The translations under genes were made by a program, and so were the position numbers. Of a stretch of DNA of 64,000 nucleotides, positions 49,791-62,792 are shown piece by piece. Where the stretch lies: contig OZ024741.1 in NCBI GenBank assembly GCA_964016885.1, positions 169,446,001 through 169,510,000 on the forward strand. Direction: 5' to 3'. The stretch's first letter is position 1. Every line of letters begins with the position of its first letter. The stretch is from Eledone cirrhosa (taxonomy: Eukaryota). Under the pieces are notes generated by a model. It was not told where the DNA came from. It made no database searches and saw nothing but the letters and a program-made list of their open reading frames with translations.

Positions 49791-52627
49791 TTTCTTCGAC
49801 AATTTCACGCCAGAGCTTCGAATGAATCACCTGGTGCAAATACGTGTTCCCGAGGTGCATGTAGCATTGTGTTTTTATTTTTGTAGGGTTAAGGTGAGTA
49901 TATACTGTTAGTACACTGCATCAGTCATGCTTTGATATGGCGTTTAACTGGTTTGTTTTTGTTATTTTAGAGTCTGTTCTGTTGTGTTATATCATGGAGT
50001 GTTCTACGTTGTATGAGTGGTGTTGCTTTATTTTCTTAGGTGGTTATTGTATAGGGTGTGTGAAGATTATGCTATTGGGCAGTGTAGCGTCCAATAGCAT
50101 AATCTTGTATGTATTCTGTTTTTGTACATAATTAATCTAATTATGAGGGCAGTGATTCTCTCTCTATAATCAGGTATGTCAATTCTTCCCGTCTGACGAG
50201 ATTTCCCACCAACTTTGGGATGTATGAGATATGTCTTCTGTGAAAATGAATATAGCTTTCATTTTGTAAAATCTCCCCATTTTGCTTCATTTCTCCGTTT
50301 TGGGGCACTTTTTCCTATGGTACTCCCCGTTTGGAATTTTAGAGGTTGGCAGGTCTGATGTCTATCTATTTCTCTCTCTCTCTCTCTATATATATATAGT
50401 GTGTGTGTATGAAGGCGCATGGTTTAGTGATTAGGGTTAAGTGATTCCTGGTGGCGCGCTGTCCTTGAGCAAGAAAGACTATTTCACGAGCAGGCAGATT
50501 TTTTTTTATCAACTAGAACGAAAGTCCAGCATACACACACATACATACATATATATAAATACACACACACATACATACATACATACACACCCACATATAC
50601 GTTCTGTATGAGCAAGACATGATCACCTGACCCAACTTGCCTCAAATGGGACAACCCGTCTAATCCATGGTAGCGTGGAAAGTGGACGTTAAACTACGAT
50701 GATTATATATATAATCTATCTTCTAAACAAACACGTATTTCTAAAAACGGCATACTTTAGCCTTGTTTGGTACAATAACGTTCATGGTCTGTCATCCACG
50801 GATGTATTTAGACATCACTCGGCTCTGTTGTCCCGATCAATTGATTTTAATTTGTTTTTAGCCTTACATCATCTTATTAAGCGCGCGCGCGTGTGCGTAT
50901 TTCAACATTGAAATCATCAACGCAGCCACTATTGATTTTGAAACAGTCGACCTACCACATCACACATTTTAGGGGTACTTATAGCCAATTATATCGAGTG
51001 CTAATTTATTTGACATAACCCGTGAAGTACCCCCTCGACTATTGTTTCCCTGTAACTTTCTTAAATAATACATACTTTAAAGTGTGGATTACGATTATGT
51101 TGATGTAAAAACAATTTAATTATATTTTTTTTACAATTCATTGTTGTAAAAATGATATTGTGTTCCTGTAAAAACTCCTGACATCTGATATCATTTAGAT
51201 GTATGTTATTTATTAACACCACGAAATTAGAAGGCTTTAATGAGCAAATTACCAAGTTTATATTTAGCCTACACCAAACACAAATCGGATTTAGTATATG
51301 AGAGTACGAATGAACAGTATTATATATAATAATTTAAGTATTAAACATGCATTAACATGATCGTTATCTACACTATGGAAAACGAATTCCTGCCAAATTC
51401 CATTGAAAAACAAAATCGAGGAGGGGGGCACTAAACTGCAAATACGCCATTCATTTTAGTCATCCTTAAGAAATGAAAGGCAAAGTACATCGGCAAAATT
51501 CGAACTCAGAACGTATTGAGCCATAAATAAATACTAAAAGGTACTGTCCGACATGCTCTAACGGTTCTGCCAACCCATCAACCCTGCTGATGAGGAAATG
51601 GAAATATTTGCTTTATTTAACCTGAAATCTGAAGTCATTTATTATATGTCTACGTTGGTAGACATACAAATCTCTTCCTTTTAACAAATATATCTCTCTG
51701 GCTACTGAGTAAACAAACTATTGCATACCTTTTAACAACATATTCTTAATATATAAACCACCAATAATAACTAAAAAAGAACTTGTGAAATATACACATC
51801 CACAAAATAGCAGTAATGGGCTTCAGTCCCCCCCCCCTCTCTATATATATATGACGATTTATTATGTCTTCATTACGTTTATTGGTGGTGACGCACGTTT
51901 CGCTATTGAACAGCTCAAGGTTCAATCTGGCCCGACTCTGGAATCAAAAGCTCGTCGGATCTCTACTGTGGTAATGACAGTATAAATATATATATGTGTG
52001 TGTGTGTGTGTACACATGATGATGATGATGACTGCTATAGCCAGAGACACAATAGAGCTTGCGAGGCAATGCCCAGCGATACCAATGAAAGCCATAGCCA
52101 GACACACAGCTAGAGTTTCCAAAGCGAAGCCGAAAGAAGCTATAGCCAGAGACTCACAGCTAGCGATGTCAAGGCGGCGCGGATTCTTCTACATTCTACT
52201 TTCTAGTTAGCAAAATGAGAAACAAAAATAATAATTCTTGACGCGAGGAGATTGAACTTAGAACAGCCTAAACCATTTAAAATTAGCAGTTACACAATTA
52301 TATAACCAGCAACTGTACCACACAACCACCGAGACTTCAAAATTTGAAACCCTTTTTAAAGTTATATTGTAAATAGTTACCTTTGGCATGTTACGGGTGG
52401 ATTTGCTTAAATATTTGACATCGTTGAACGGTTATTTTATCAATTATCAAAGACTAACATTTACTTTTATTTATTTAATTAATTTCATGTTTACCTCTAC
52501 AAAGAACCCCTCTCTCTCTCTCTCTCGTATTAAATTGTTAAACAATATTCAATGATTATGTCAAAGAATGATTTTTACAGTAGATTGGAAGCACTCAACG
52601 AAAAATAAATTTTCTTTTGATCAATTA

Positions 52628-52682
52628 CACTTTATTATACATATTTCGGATGTACAACAGTACGTCCTCATCAGACAAAATA
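52628..52682 (-). ncRNA. Minimal type-I hammerhead ribozyme (Penelope-type)
   Basis: Minus strand: TATTTTGT (stem I) CTGATGA GGACGTAC-TGTT-GTACATCC (stem II) GAA ATA-TG-TAT (stem III) A ATAAAGTG (stem I'). Stem I is fully paired including G-U. Confidence 0.72.
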
Positions 52683-52782
52683 TGATACATGACATACCCT
52701 GAGATGTTAAATGGTTAAGATTTAATCAAGGTACCTTGATTAAATCTTAACCATTTAACATCTCAGGGTATGTCATGTATCA

Positions 52783-52837
52783 TATTTCGTCTGATGAGGA
52801 CGTACTGTTGTACATCCGAAATATGTATAATAAAATG
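52783..52837 (+). ncRNA. Minimal type-I hammerhead ribozyme (mirror copy)
   Basis: CTGATGA at 52791, GAAA at 52818; same architecture with one stem I mismatch. Confidence 0.68.
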
Positions 52838-53489
52838 TAATTGATCAAAAGAACATCTATTTTATTAATACTTTATATATATATATATGAAAAGAGTCAG
52901 GACCCCGACGGCTGAGCTCCGGCCGTTTCTAAATGGCTTCTACAGGACTAGAACTGTTTCATTCGAAGGAAATCACCAGGAAAGCATCCTTCGAATTAAA
53001 CAGTTCTAGTCCTGCAGAAGCCATTTCTATATTAAAAAGTGGATTTGTGTCTGCGGAGCAGTCTCCTAAATGAGGGTCCCGGGTGTGCCAGCCGTATATT
53101 CAATCCCTTTCTACAGATGGCTTGTCTGATGGAAGCTGTTGTCTTTCCATTGAAATGTGGTAGCTTTAGGCAGCATATATTATCCTTAGAGGCACTTTTC
53201 CTCCTTGTTCTTTTACGTGTTGCTGCCTTAGCATTTCAGTGTTTCATTTGTCCTTAGAATTTTTGTACCGCATTGTACCGCTTAAAAAAAAAATTATCGG
53301 TTTTATTACAGGACTAGACTAGACAACTCTGGAATCTAGATATGATATATTTTTTCATTGTAATGTGTAGTTTGCTTTGTTATTTCTGTTTACTTTTCAC
53401 ACACACACACACGGTGGTTTGAAAGAAACTCCTTGTAACTTTTGGCCCACACTGACCACTTGGAACAACAGTTTTACACGCACTGTTTG

Positions 53490-53601
53490 TAAGTGGCTTG
53501 GTGTCCAATTTCCAGGTCGATGGGTGAATTGTCGAGGTCTAGAAGAATGGCCAGCAAGAAGCCGTGATTCAACGCCATGCGATTTTGTCCTGTTGGGGTG
53601 A
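53490..53601 (+). mobile_element. Tc1/mariner-superfamily transposase fragment
   Basis: FPGRWVNCRGLEEWPARSRDSTPCDFVLLG resembles the WPxRSPDLTPxDFFLWG motif. Confidence 0.7.
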
Positions 53602-54004
53602 AGGAAGTTTTTTTTTATTGTTATAATGTATCCCGGGTTCAATCGGGGGTAACCACAGTAAGTAAGGTACTCAATGCATAGTAGATGATTTCCTTCAAAT
53701 GAAACAGTTCTGTAGTCCTGTAGAAGCCATTTCTATATTAAACATTATATATATATATATATATATCGAGAGTCGATCGACTTTCGTCAAATCGGACCGG
53801 GGAAACAATGTTTCCATTGGTCTTTCCAATTAATAATACTAGCTGTCGGTCGCAACTCCAGGTAGAAGGAGCAACATGAAATACAGTGTCATGCTCAAGG
53901 ACATAACGCATCACCCGGTCCGGGAACCGAACTCACAACCTCACAAATGCGAATCCAATTCTCTGACCACCACTCAGCCACACGCCTTCACTATACACAC
54001 ACAC

Positions 54005-54037
<33 letters not shown>

Positions 54038-54552
54038 CGTTATTCCGGGTTGAATCGGAGGTAACCACAGTAAGTAAGGTACTCAATACATTGCAGAGTA
54101 TAAAAGTTTTAATATAGATGAGATTCTACAGGACTAGAACTGTTTCATTCTTTAGAAATCATCAGGAATCTGGGTATCAAAAAATAAATATGGTATTTAT
54201 AGGTCTCTACAAGTGGTAGGAGAGGGTGGGGAGTGGGATGGGTGTAGGTCATTGGTTGATAGAAAAGGGAATTCATTAAAAGCTAATTCTACAAAGCTAT
54301 AGTTTATTTTTATTAATTTTTGTTACCCTAAAAACAAAAATTAATAAAAATAAACTATAGCTTTGTAGAATTAGCTTTTAATGAATTCCCTTTTCTATCA
54401 ACCAATGACCTACACCCATCCCACTCCCCACCCTCTCCTACCACTTGTAGAGACCTATAAATACCATATTTATTTTTTGATACCCAGATTCCTGATGATT
54501 TCTAAAGAATGAAACAGTTCTAGTCCTGTAGAATCTCATCTATATTAAAACT
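54038..54552. mobile_element. Fold-back repeat element (probable Penelope-like element end) with 220-bp inverted arms
   Basis: Arms 54105-54324 and 54333-54552 around an 8-nt loop. Same leader as 28720; flanked by (TA)n. Confidence 0.7.
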
Positions 54553-57050
54553 ATATATATATATATAGGTTATAAAGGCCATACAAACTGAGAAGCCAGT
54601 CAAGAAGTCATTTACCACCCAAGCCAAAAAACAAGTCAAGCTAAACAGGTCAGACAAAATAAATGACAGTCATATATATATAGTTAAGTCTTGTCTATTT
54701 ATTACATGAATTTACTAAAAATATGTTTTTTTCTGGAGGGAGGGTCTGTGACTATGACATTTGCAGGACCTCCGAGGCGGATATCCATATCCATATATAT
54801 ATATCCATATATATATATATATATATCCATATATATATATATATACGCCATAGACAAGACTTAACTTTCTGTCTTGTTCTTACTTTGTTAATCCCATAAC
54901 ACAAACTATTCTGTCTGACGTTCTATCGATTCTAATAACTCACTGCCCTTCTACTTATCTACATAAAAAAAAAATATTGCTTCATCATTTATATACGGTA
55001 TAATATTCTGTATAAATTTGTTTTAGGGACAAAATATATAACAATATTTAGGGACAAAATATATAACAATACCAAATCTTGTATCAAACGCGAATTTTGA
55101 AAAAATAACGAATTAAAAGAGAACAGCTACCCCCCCCCCCCCCCCCCAAAAAAAAAGACGCTAAATGAATTTTTAAAATCCAAGTTGTTTTTTTTATAGA
55201 CATTGAAATATTAATTTCTAAAATTAAAATAATTGTTTCTACTTTTTGGCACAAGGCCAGCAATTGTCCAGTACATTACTTTATCGACAAAGTAAGGATG
55301 AAAGGCAAAGTTAACCTCGGCGGGATTTGAACTCAGAATGGTAAGGGCCGTAACTCAATGCGTCCGACTCTACCGATACTGCTATCCAACAGCTGACTTG
55401 TATCGGTGAGAAAGTAGTAACTGCGTAATATTAGGTTTACTAATGATTATTATCGTTATCACAATGATGATATCATTGTTATCATCATCATCATCATCAT
55501 CGCCAAATTACTTTTCCTCATCACCATCACCAAACTATCATTTCCTCCTCATCATCATCACCATCGCCAAACTATTACTTACTCCACCTCCTCCACCCCT
55601 ACTCCTCCTCATCCCCATCACCACCCTCATCGTTGTCATGATGACCATTGTTGTTAGCAGCATCATTACAGGCACACGTTTCTTCTGAGGTCAATGACTT
55701 GCGAAAACATAAATTACAGATAAATGGAGAAGGGGGTGGAGGTGGGGGTGGGGCAGAGAAAATGATAGATTAGAAGTGCGAAAGGGAGAGAAGGTGATAG
55801 ATAGATACGTAGAGAGAGGGAGAGAAAGAAATTGACGGAAAGAGAGAGAAATATACAGACAGTAGTGGGGAGAGTAAGAAAGAGACAAAGAATCCTAAAA
55901 CAGAAAAGAGAGAGCAAAGACGGATAGATAACATTTTATAAGAAAATACAAATTACATGTATAAACAAACACACACATATATATATATTATATATTATGG
56001 AATACTGTTGGCTTCTTGCTACAATAATTTCTATACTTTTCATTTATATATATATATAAATTTACATATGTATACATATATATCCTTCACTCCCACCAAG
56101 CGTGAAACTAATATAACTGTACGATTGCCTCTTGTGTTTTGTTTGTTTCATTTATTAACTATATATATATATAGTGGCGGACTGGGTCTAAAAATATTGG
56201 TTGCCAGGAGATAAAGAGGGCCCACCCACATATACAATGCTATCATTTAATTTTTATAATGAATAAATAACATTTTCAGTGCAATCGAATTTTTGCAGAA
56301 AAAAAAAAAACAAAAAAAACAAAAAAAAAAAAAACGTATTTTTTAAACTAATTATAGTGTATATATACTGTACATATTACTGTCATTATACAGAAATAGT
56401 AAATGTTAATACAGAATGTTATAATTGAATTTTTAAATAATTGTGAATGTATAGTATATTGTTATTTAGAGTAGAGTATGCAAGTGACCATTCTTACCTA
56501 ATAATTGTTTCTAATTTTGGCACAAGGCCAGCAATTATCCCAGTGCATTAAATGACCTTTGGTCTTTCACATTCACTCAATATATATATCTGGGAGTGTG
56601 TGTATGTGTGTACACGTATATAAATGGATTTATATACATGTATACATACATGTTTTCAACTTGTACAAACATTTGGCGACTCAGTCTCCCGAGGGACTTT
56701 AGACTGAAGAACTGACCATTAATTGATTTTACAGGTCTTTAACCCATTGATATTAAAAAATATTTGGTCAGCAGCTCGTGTGTAAGTATGACACGCATGC
56801 ATATATATCTTAGAGAAAAGGAAGCACACAGCGGGTTATGCAGTCCAAAACAGACAAAAATAATAAATAAGACGGGATGGTTACAACTATCATTATAGGT
56901 CTTGCTCAGTTAGGGCCGGCCTGGGACGAAGCAACACCAACAATAAAACACACACACACATATATATAAAACAAAGGGTGTGTGGTAAGATACTTTGTTC
57001 GGATCTAGTTGTCGAAACGGCCGGAGCTCAGCCGTTGGGGTCCTGACTCT

Positions 57051-57093
<43 letters not shown>

Positions 57094-57180
57094 GGAAAAA
57101 TTTGAACAGGGACAAAACAGAGAGGCAGTACAACGAATGTTTATTAATTTCACGCTCTGGAGAGTGGGGTGTTGGTGGGG

Positions 57181-57211
57181 GACGACGTTTCGGGCATAAG
57201 CCCTTCCTCAG
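57181..57211 (-). ncRNA. Hammerhead-like core, Penelope-type
   Basis: Minus strand CTGAGGA-A-GGGC TTAT GCCC-GAAACGTCGTC, with AATAAA ~35 nt downstream; stem I is weak. Confidence 0.5.
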
Positions 57212-57390
57212 GTGAGAAGTGTGTGGGGACAGAGTTCAAAGGGTGTGTAGGGGAGTGGTGGAGAGACATATAGCGAAAGGAAACGGTGCGAATGAAAAAA
57301 TAAAAAATAAAGATAAAAATAAAAAATGATCAAAATACAATTGAATTTGTCTAAGTTATATATATATACATAATAATTTCTATACTTTTC

Positions 57391-57424
<34 letters not shown>

Positions 57425-57450
57425 CTTAGACAAGTTCAATTTATCTAGTT

Positions 57451-57486
<36 letters not shown>

Positions 57487-59339
57487 GAAAAGTATAGAAA
57501 TTATTATACATATATATATATATATATATATATAACTTAGACAAATTCAATTTGTCTAGTTCAATATATATATATACGTGGTATGGGAAGTAAAATATGT
57601 AAGGAAAAATAGTGTAAACTGAAGCGAAAACTTGCCTGGCTTTTTCACACGGAAGAAAGCAACAGCCGTATTTTTACATATATGATGCATTGAGCAGCGG
57701 TTTACTACGTCGTTGTTCACTGAACGAAGAGACGATATATGAATGAAAACAGAACACAGGAAAGTCGTACGAGGAGTAAACTGAATGAGTAGAAATACCC
57801 AACAAAGCTGAATGAACAATCAGCAGTTGCGTGCGTGGACTTATACGGTTGAGAGAGGGAAGTGACAGAGATATAGGGTAGTAGTAAGAGTAAAACTGTA
57901 CTTCAAATACATACAAATCCGCCCACACACAAAACAGAGAGAGTGCGCTGAACTGGCTAGCAATAGCAGCCAACTCTCCCACAAATCACATCCTACCGCA
58001 TCGAGAAAGGGACAGACGTTGAATAATGTAGTAATACATAATCTCTAAAAACGACGGTGCTGTCATGGCTGGACAACCTTTCATCTTGGGCCTGCTCGAT
58101 CAAGTCTGAACTGGGACTAAACAATCGCCATAACATGGGCGGTAGCTGGACCTGTTACGAATACCGGCAAATTTCACTATCAACCTAAGAAAAAAAAAGG
58201 AAAAAGAAAGAATGGGTAATATGGGATAATGTGGTCCTATATATACTATGTCTGAGAGATAGAGAGAAGGGGGGAAGATATATAGAGGGGGTAGGGGGAG
58301 AGATAGAGAGGGGGGGGGGGATTGGAAAGTTATGGCTGGAATGTGTTTTACGGTTTTCTGACCCCGGGTTAAATAGAAACATACACTAAACTTCGAGCTA
58401 ACAAAAGAGCATATATGTGGTAGCATGGACTACAAGAAATAGCAGCCAAATTTGATTCAAATCCTTGATACACTATATTGGTAAAACAAAAAAAATATTT
58501 TATTATAGCCGCGAAGCCACACCAGTGACTTTGGAGCCAGATGTTTCGTGCGCTTTTCAAATTTAAATAATTGTTTCTACTTTTGGCACAAGGCCAGCAA
58601 TTATCCCAGTGCATTACTGGTACTTTATTTTATCGACCCCGTAAGGATGAAAGGCAAAGTTAACCTTGGCGGGATTTGAACTCAGACCATAAAGGGCCGT
58701 AAAATAATGATTTCTAATTTAGCAATTTTGAGGGGAGGCGAAAGTTGATTATATCGATCTCAGTACTTGATCGGTATTTTATTTTATCGACTCCGGAAGG
58801 ATGAAAGGCAAAGTCGACTTCGGTGGGATTTGAACTCAGAACGTAGAAAGTCGTAACTAAACACCACAAATCATTTTGTCCGACGTTTTACTGATACTGC
58901 CAACCCACCGCCCTTTTTTTAAACAGAAAATATTTTTTGTTTTTATCTATATAGTCTGTACACACCTATCAATAGATATCCTTATATTAGTCATGTATAT
59001 TCATTCATACATACCTACCAATTTGTGTGTGCGTATATGTACGTACACACACATATACACACACATTTATCCATCTATATCAATTACTCATGTGTCTATC
59101 GACCTGTCTGACTGCCTACCTATCATAAATTGTGTTATTTGTGGAAAAATCACGGACAAGGACAGGTATTTTCATGGAAAACCATTTGAAATGTTCCACT
59201 GAAATAAACACAATCAAATCATTTGGAATAAATATATGAAGCGAAAAATCCAGTGTAGCAACAGTGAATCATGAACTTCAAACAAAATATACTCTACTCC
59301 ATACATTTTACATTAACGTTTGTGTATAATATGACTGTG

Positions 59340-59370
<31 letters not shown>

Positions 59371-59372
<2 letters not shown>

Positions 59373-61736
59373 AGAACCGAGGAGTCAATCAAGGCCAAAA
59401 AGCAGGCTTGGAAAGTATGGCAGGATGGGGGAAGTAAAGAAGACTATCAAGTGGTCAGGAGGGAAGCTAGGAGACAAGTGTACTTCGCAAGAAGGGAAGC
59501 AGAGGAAAGAAAGTTCAAGCATGTTTCTACAACGTGAGGACCAAAAACGTGAGGTGTTCAGGATTGCTAGGCAATGTGTCAAGGAAAACCGTGATATTGT
59601 CGGGGAGAAGTGTGTCCGTAATGATGATGGTGTACTTGCCATCATTGACGCTGATAAGAAGGTAGCTTGGAAGTGTCACTATGAAAGGCTACTAAATGAG
59701 GAGAATATATGGGAGAAAGACAATCTCCCTCACATCGATCCAACAGAGGGACGACCAGCAGTGCAAGTTGAAGGTAGTATAATAAGTAAGGCAATCAAAG
59801 ATATGAAGACGGGCCTTCGGAAATAGTTGCTGAAATGCTGAAAGCATCTGGAACGGTGGGACACACTATGGTTACCCGGATAGTAAACCAAGTTACAGAA
59901 TGGGGTCGTACCAAAGGACTGGCATAACAGCATCATCATTAACTGCTACAAGGGTAAAGGAGATGCCCTAGATAGGGGTAACTATAGAGGCATTAAATTA
60001 ATTGACCAGGTCATGAAGGTCACAGAAAAAGTAATAGCACAACTAATCAGAGAGCGAATTGATCTAGATGAAATGCAGTTCGGGTTTGTGTCAGGTAAAA
60101 GTACCACAGACGCTCTTTTCATTGTACGACAACTACAGGAGAAGTACCTAGCTAAAAGTAAACCCCTCTACTTAGCTTTTGTAGACCTGGAGAAAGCCTT
60201 TGACAGAGTCCCCCGCTCCATTAGAGCTTGTGAGAGCTATACAAGCCATGTATAAAGAAACAGTCAGCAGGTTAGAATTAACAACGAATATAGTGAAGAG
60301 TTTAGCGTAAAAGTTGTTCATCAGGGTTCCGTCCTTAGCCCCCTCCAAGCTATAATGAAGCAGTTCAAGACCGGCTGCCCATGGGAACTTCTATACGCAG
60401 ATGATCTAACGCTCATAGCCGAATCAATGGCTGAACTAGAAGAAATTCCAAACATGGAAGCATGGCCTAGAATCAAAAGCCTTAAAATTAACTTGTCTAA
60501 GACTAAAGTCCTAATATGTAGGAAGGAGAATAGGGCACTGGTCCCATCTGGGAAATGGCCATGCTCAGTGTGTAGGAAAGGAGTAGGCAGAAACTCATTT
60601 TATGTCCCAAATGCAAAGTATGGGTGCATAAAAGATGTAGTGGGATCACAGGTAAGCTTACTAAGAATTTAGATTTTATATGTGGCCAGTGCTCTGGTGC
60701 AATAAGTAGCAGCACATGCCCACAGAATACTAGCTCATTCCATTGCCCAGATGGTTCTATAGAAATAGTGGACACCTTCCGTTACCTGGGTGACAAAATC
60801 AGCAGTGGAGGAGGGTGCTCCGAAAGTACTGTAGCTAGAGTCCGAACGGGATGGAAAAAGTTCAGAGAGCTTATACCACTATTGGCCGCTAAAGGTTTCT
60901 CTCTAAAAATAAAAGGCAGGCTGTATGATGCTTGCATACGAACAGCGATGTTACATGGCAGTGAGACATGGGCCTTGTGTGCAGAGGATCTACGCAGACT
61001 GGAGAGGAACAAAGCTTGCATGCTCCGTTGGACGTGTAATAGTAATATACGCGAACGGCAAAGCATAAATGAACTAAGTGAGAAATTAGGAATAAGAGGG
61101 ATCAGATGCTGTTTACTCGAGAGAAGACTACGTTGGTATGGTCACGTGATGCGCATGAAAGATGACAGCTGTATAAAAAAGTGCAGGGCGATCAAAATAG
61201 ACGGTAGCTACGGAGTAGGCAGACCCAGAAAAACCTGGGACGACTTGATAAACTCCGACCACACACACACACACCAAGACAATGTCACTGGACCGAGATC
61301 TTTGGCGCTACGTAGTAATACAGAAGACCCGCCTTGCCTAAGTACAAAACGAAACCTTCAGTCAGTAGGCACCTCTTAACCAAAATACACCCCCGTCATT
61401 CTACCCCTACCTCCACCACCATCTACACCACCCCTTTCGATTGTAAAGCTATGTTGGTACCACAACATCCAGTCCTAAATAAATGAGGTCGTGTAGGTGT
61501 CACAACAAAAAAACACACAGTCCACGCTGTAATGTGGCCGTGTAGGTAACACGGTAAAAACCTCCCAGTCCACACTGTAAACGTGGTTGGTGTTAGGAAG
61601 GGCATCCAGCTGTAGAAAACCCGCCAGACAGTCCTGAGCAAGACAACCAATCTTGCCTCAAGTGGGACAATTCCCGTCCAGACCCATGCTAGCGTGGAAG
61701 ATGGACGTTAAACGATGATGATGATGATGATGATGA
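59371..61736 (+). mobile_element. 5'-truncated, degenerate RTE-clade LINE with (GAT)n tail
   Basis: KGKGDALDRGNYRGIKL, QFGFVSGKSTTDA, LAFVDLEKAFDRVPR, LLYADDL, MLHGSETW, RRLRWYGHVMR and GRPRKTW, spread over several frames. The 3' UTR ends in (GAT)n at ~61714-61736. Confidence 0.92.
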
Positions 61737-62454
61737 CATACTTCCTTACTTAATATATGTCAGTATGACTTGTCACATTCATTATATTAAATTTCATGTT
61801 TAAGCCGATGAGTAACATTGTGAGCATATGTACACACATACATAAGCATGTAATTTCAGAATAGTGTGTATCTACTTACACACACACACATATATACACA
61901 ATGTGTGTGTATATATATATTGACATTCCATGTTATATATATATATAAAGTGCCAGAGTTCCGTGTGGAAAGAAGACCTAGGCAACAGAGGTGAGGGTGG
62001 ATCTGAAAACGCTGTACCTCACAGAGGAAATAACAAAGGAATGCAGTAGATGGATTGAAATTGGGCTGGAAAAGACCAGTCCAACCCATGCAAGCATCGA
62101 AAAATGCATGTAAAATATATATATATATATGCAAAAAGTAAACAACACAGTACAATGAGGAAATATATTAGATTCATGCTTTATATAGTAGGAAAAGATA
62201 TATATCATCATCATCATTAAACAGAATGGAAGGATGTTTGGGGGAGGACATCATCATCATCACCGTTTTACGTCCATTCTTCCACGCTAGCATGGGTTAG
62301 ACGGGTTGTCCTGTTGTGGGCAATGCCAGGTCAGGTGACCTCATACAGAACTGATTTTGGCTTGATTTCTACAGCTGGATGCCCGAACAAGACACGGTCA
62401 CCTGATCCATTAGAGTTGGGTCAAGTGACCATGTCTTGCTTATATATATATATA

Positions 62455-62792
62455 TGGAGGCACATGGCTTAGTGGTTAGAGCATTGGCCTTGCAATCGAA
62501 AGGTTGTGAGTTCAATTCTCAGACCGGGTGATGCGTTGTTTCCTTGAGCAAGACACTTTATTTCACATTGCTCCAGTTTACTCAGCTGTAGAAATGAGAT
62601 GATAGGGACTGGGGTCCCTATCATTCCACTGCAAAGTGGTCGTGGAGGTGCCACGGTAAAAAAGCACCCAGCACTCACTGTAAATGAGGTTGGTGTTAGG
62701 AAGGGCATCCAGCTGTAAAAATCAAGCCAGAATCAGTTCCCGTCCCACCTTTGCAAGCAGGGAAAAGTGGATGTAAAATGAAATGAAAATGA
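62455..62792 (+). mobile_element. tRNA-head SINE with RTE-derived tail (second copy of 30838-31172)
   Basis: TGGCTTAGTGG A box and GAGTTCAATTC B box; collinear with 30838-31172. Confidence 0.75.

Larger units (their letters stand above)
52612..52853. repeat. 242-bp spacerless palindrome (2 mismatches) carrying two hammerhead motifs
   Basis: Centred on GGT|ACC at 52732/52733; arms are reverse complements. Confidence 0.95.
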
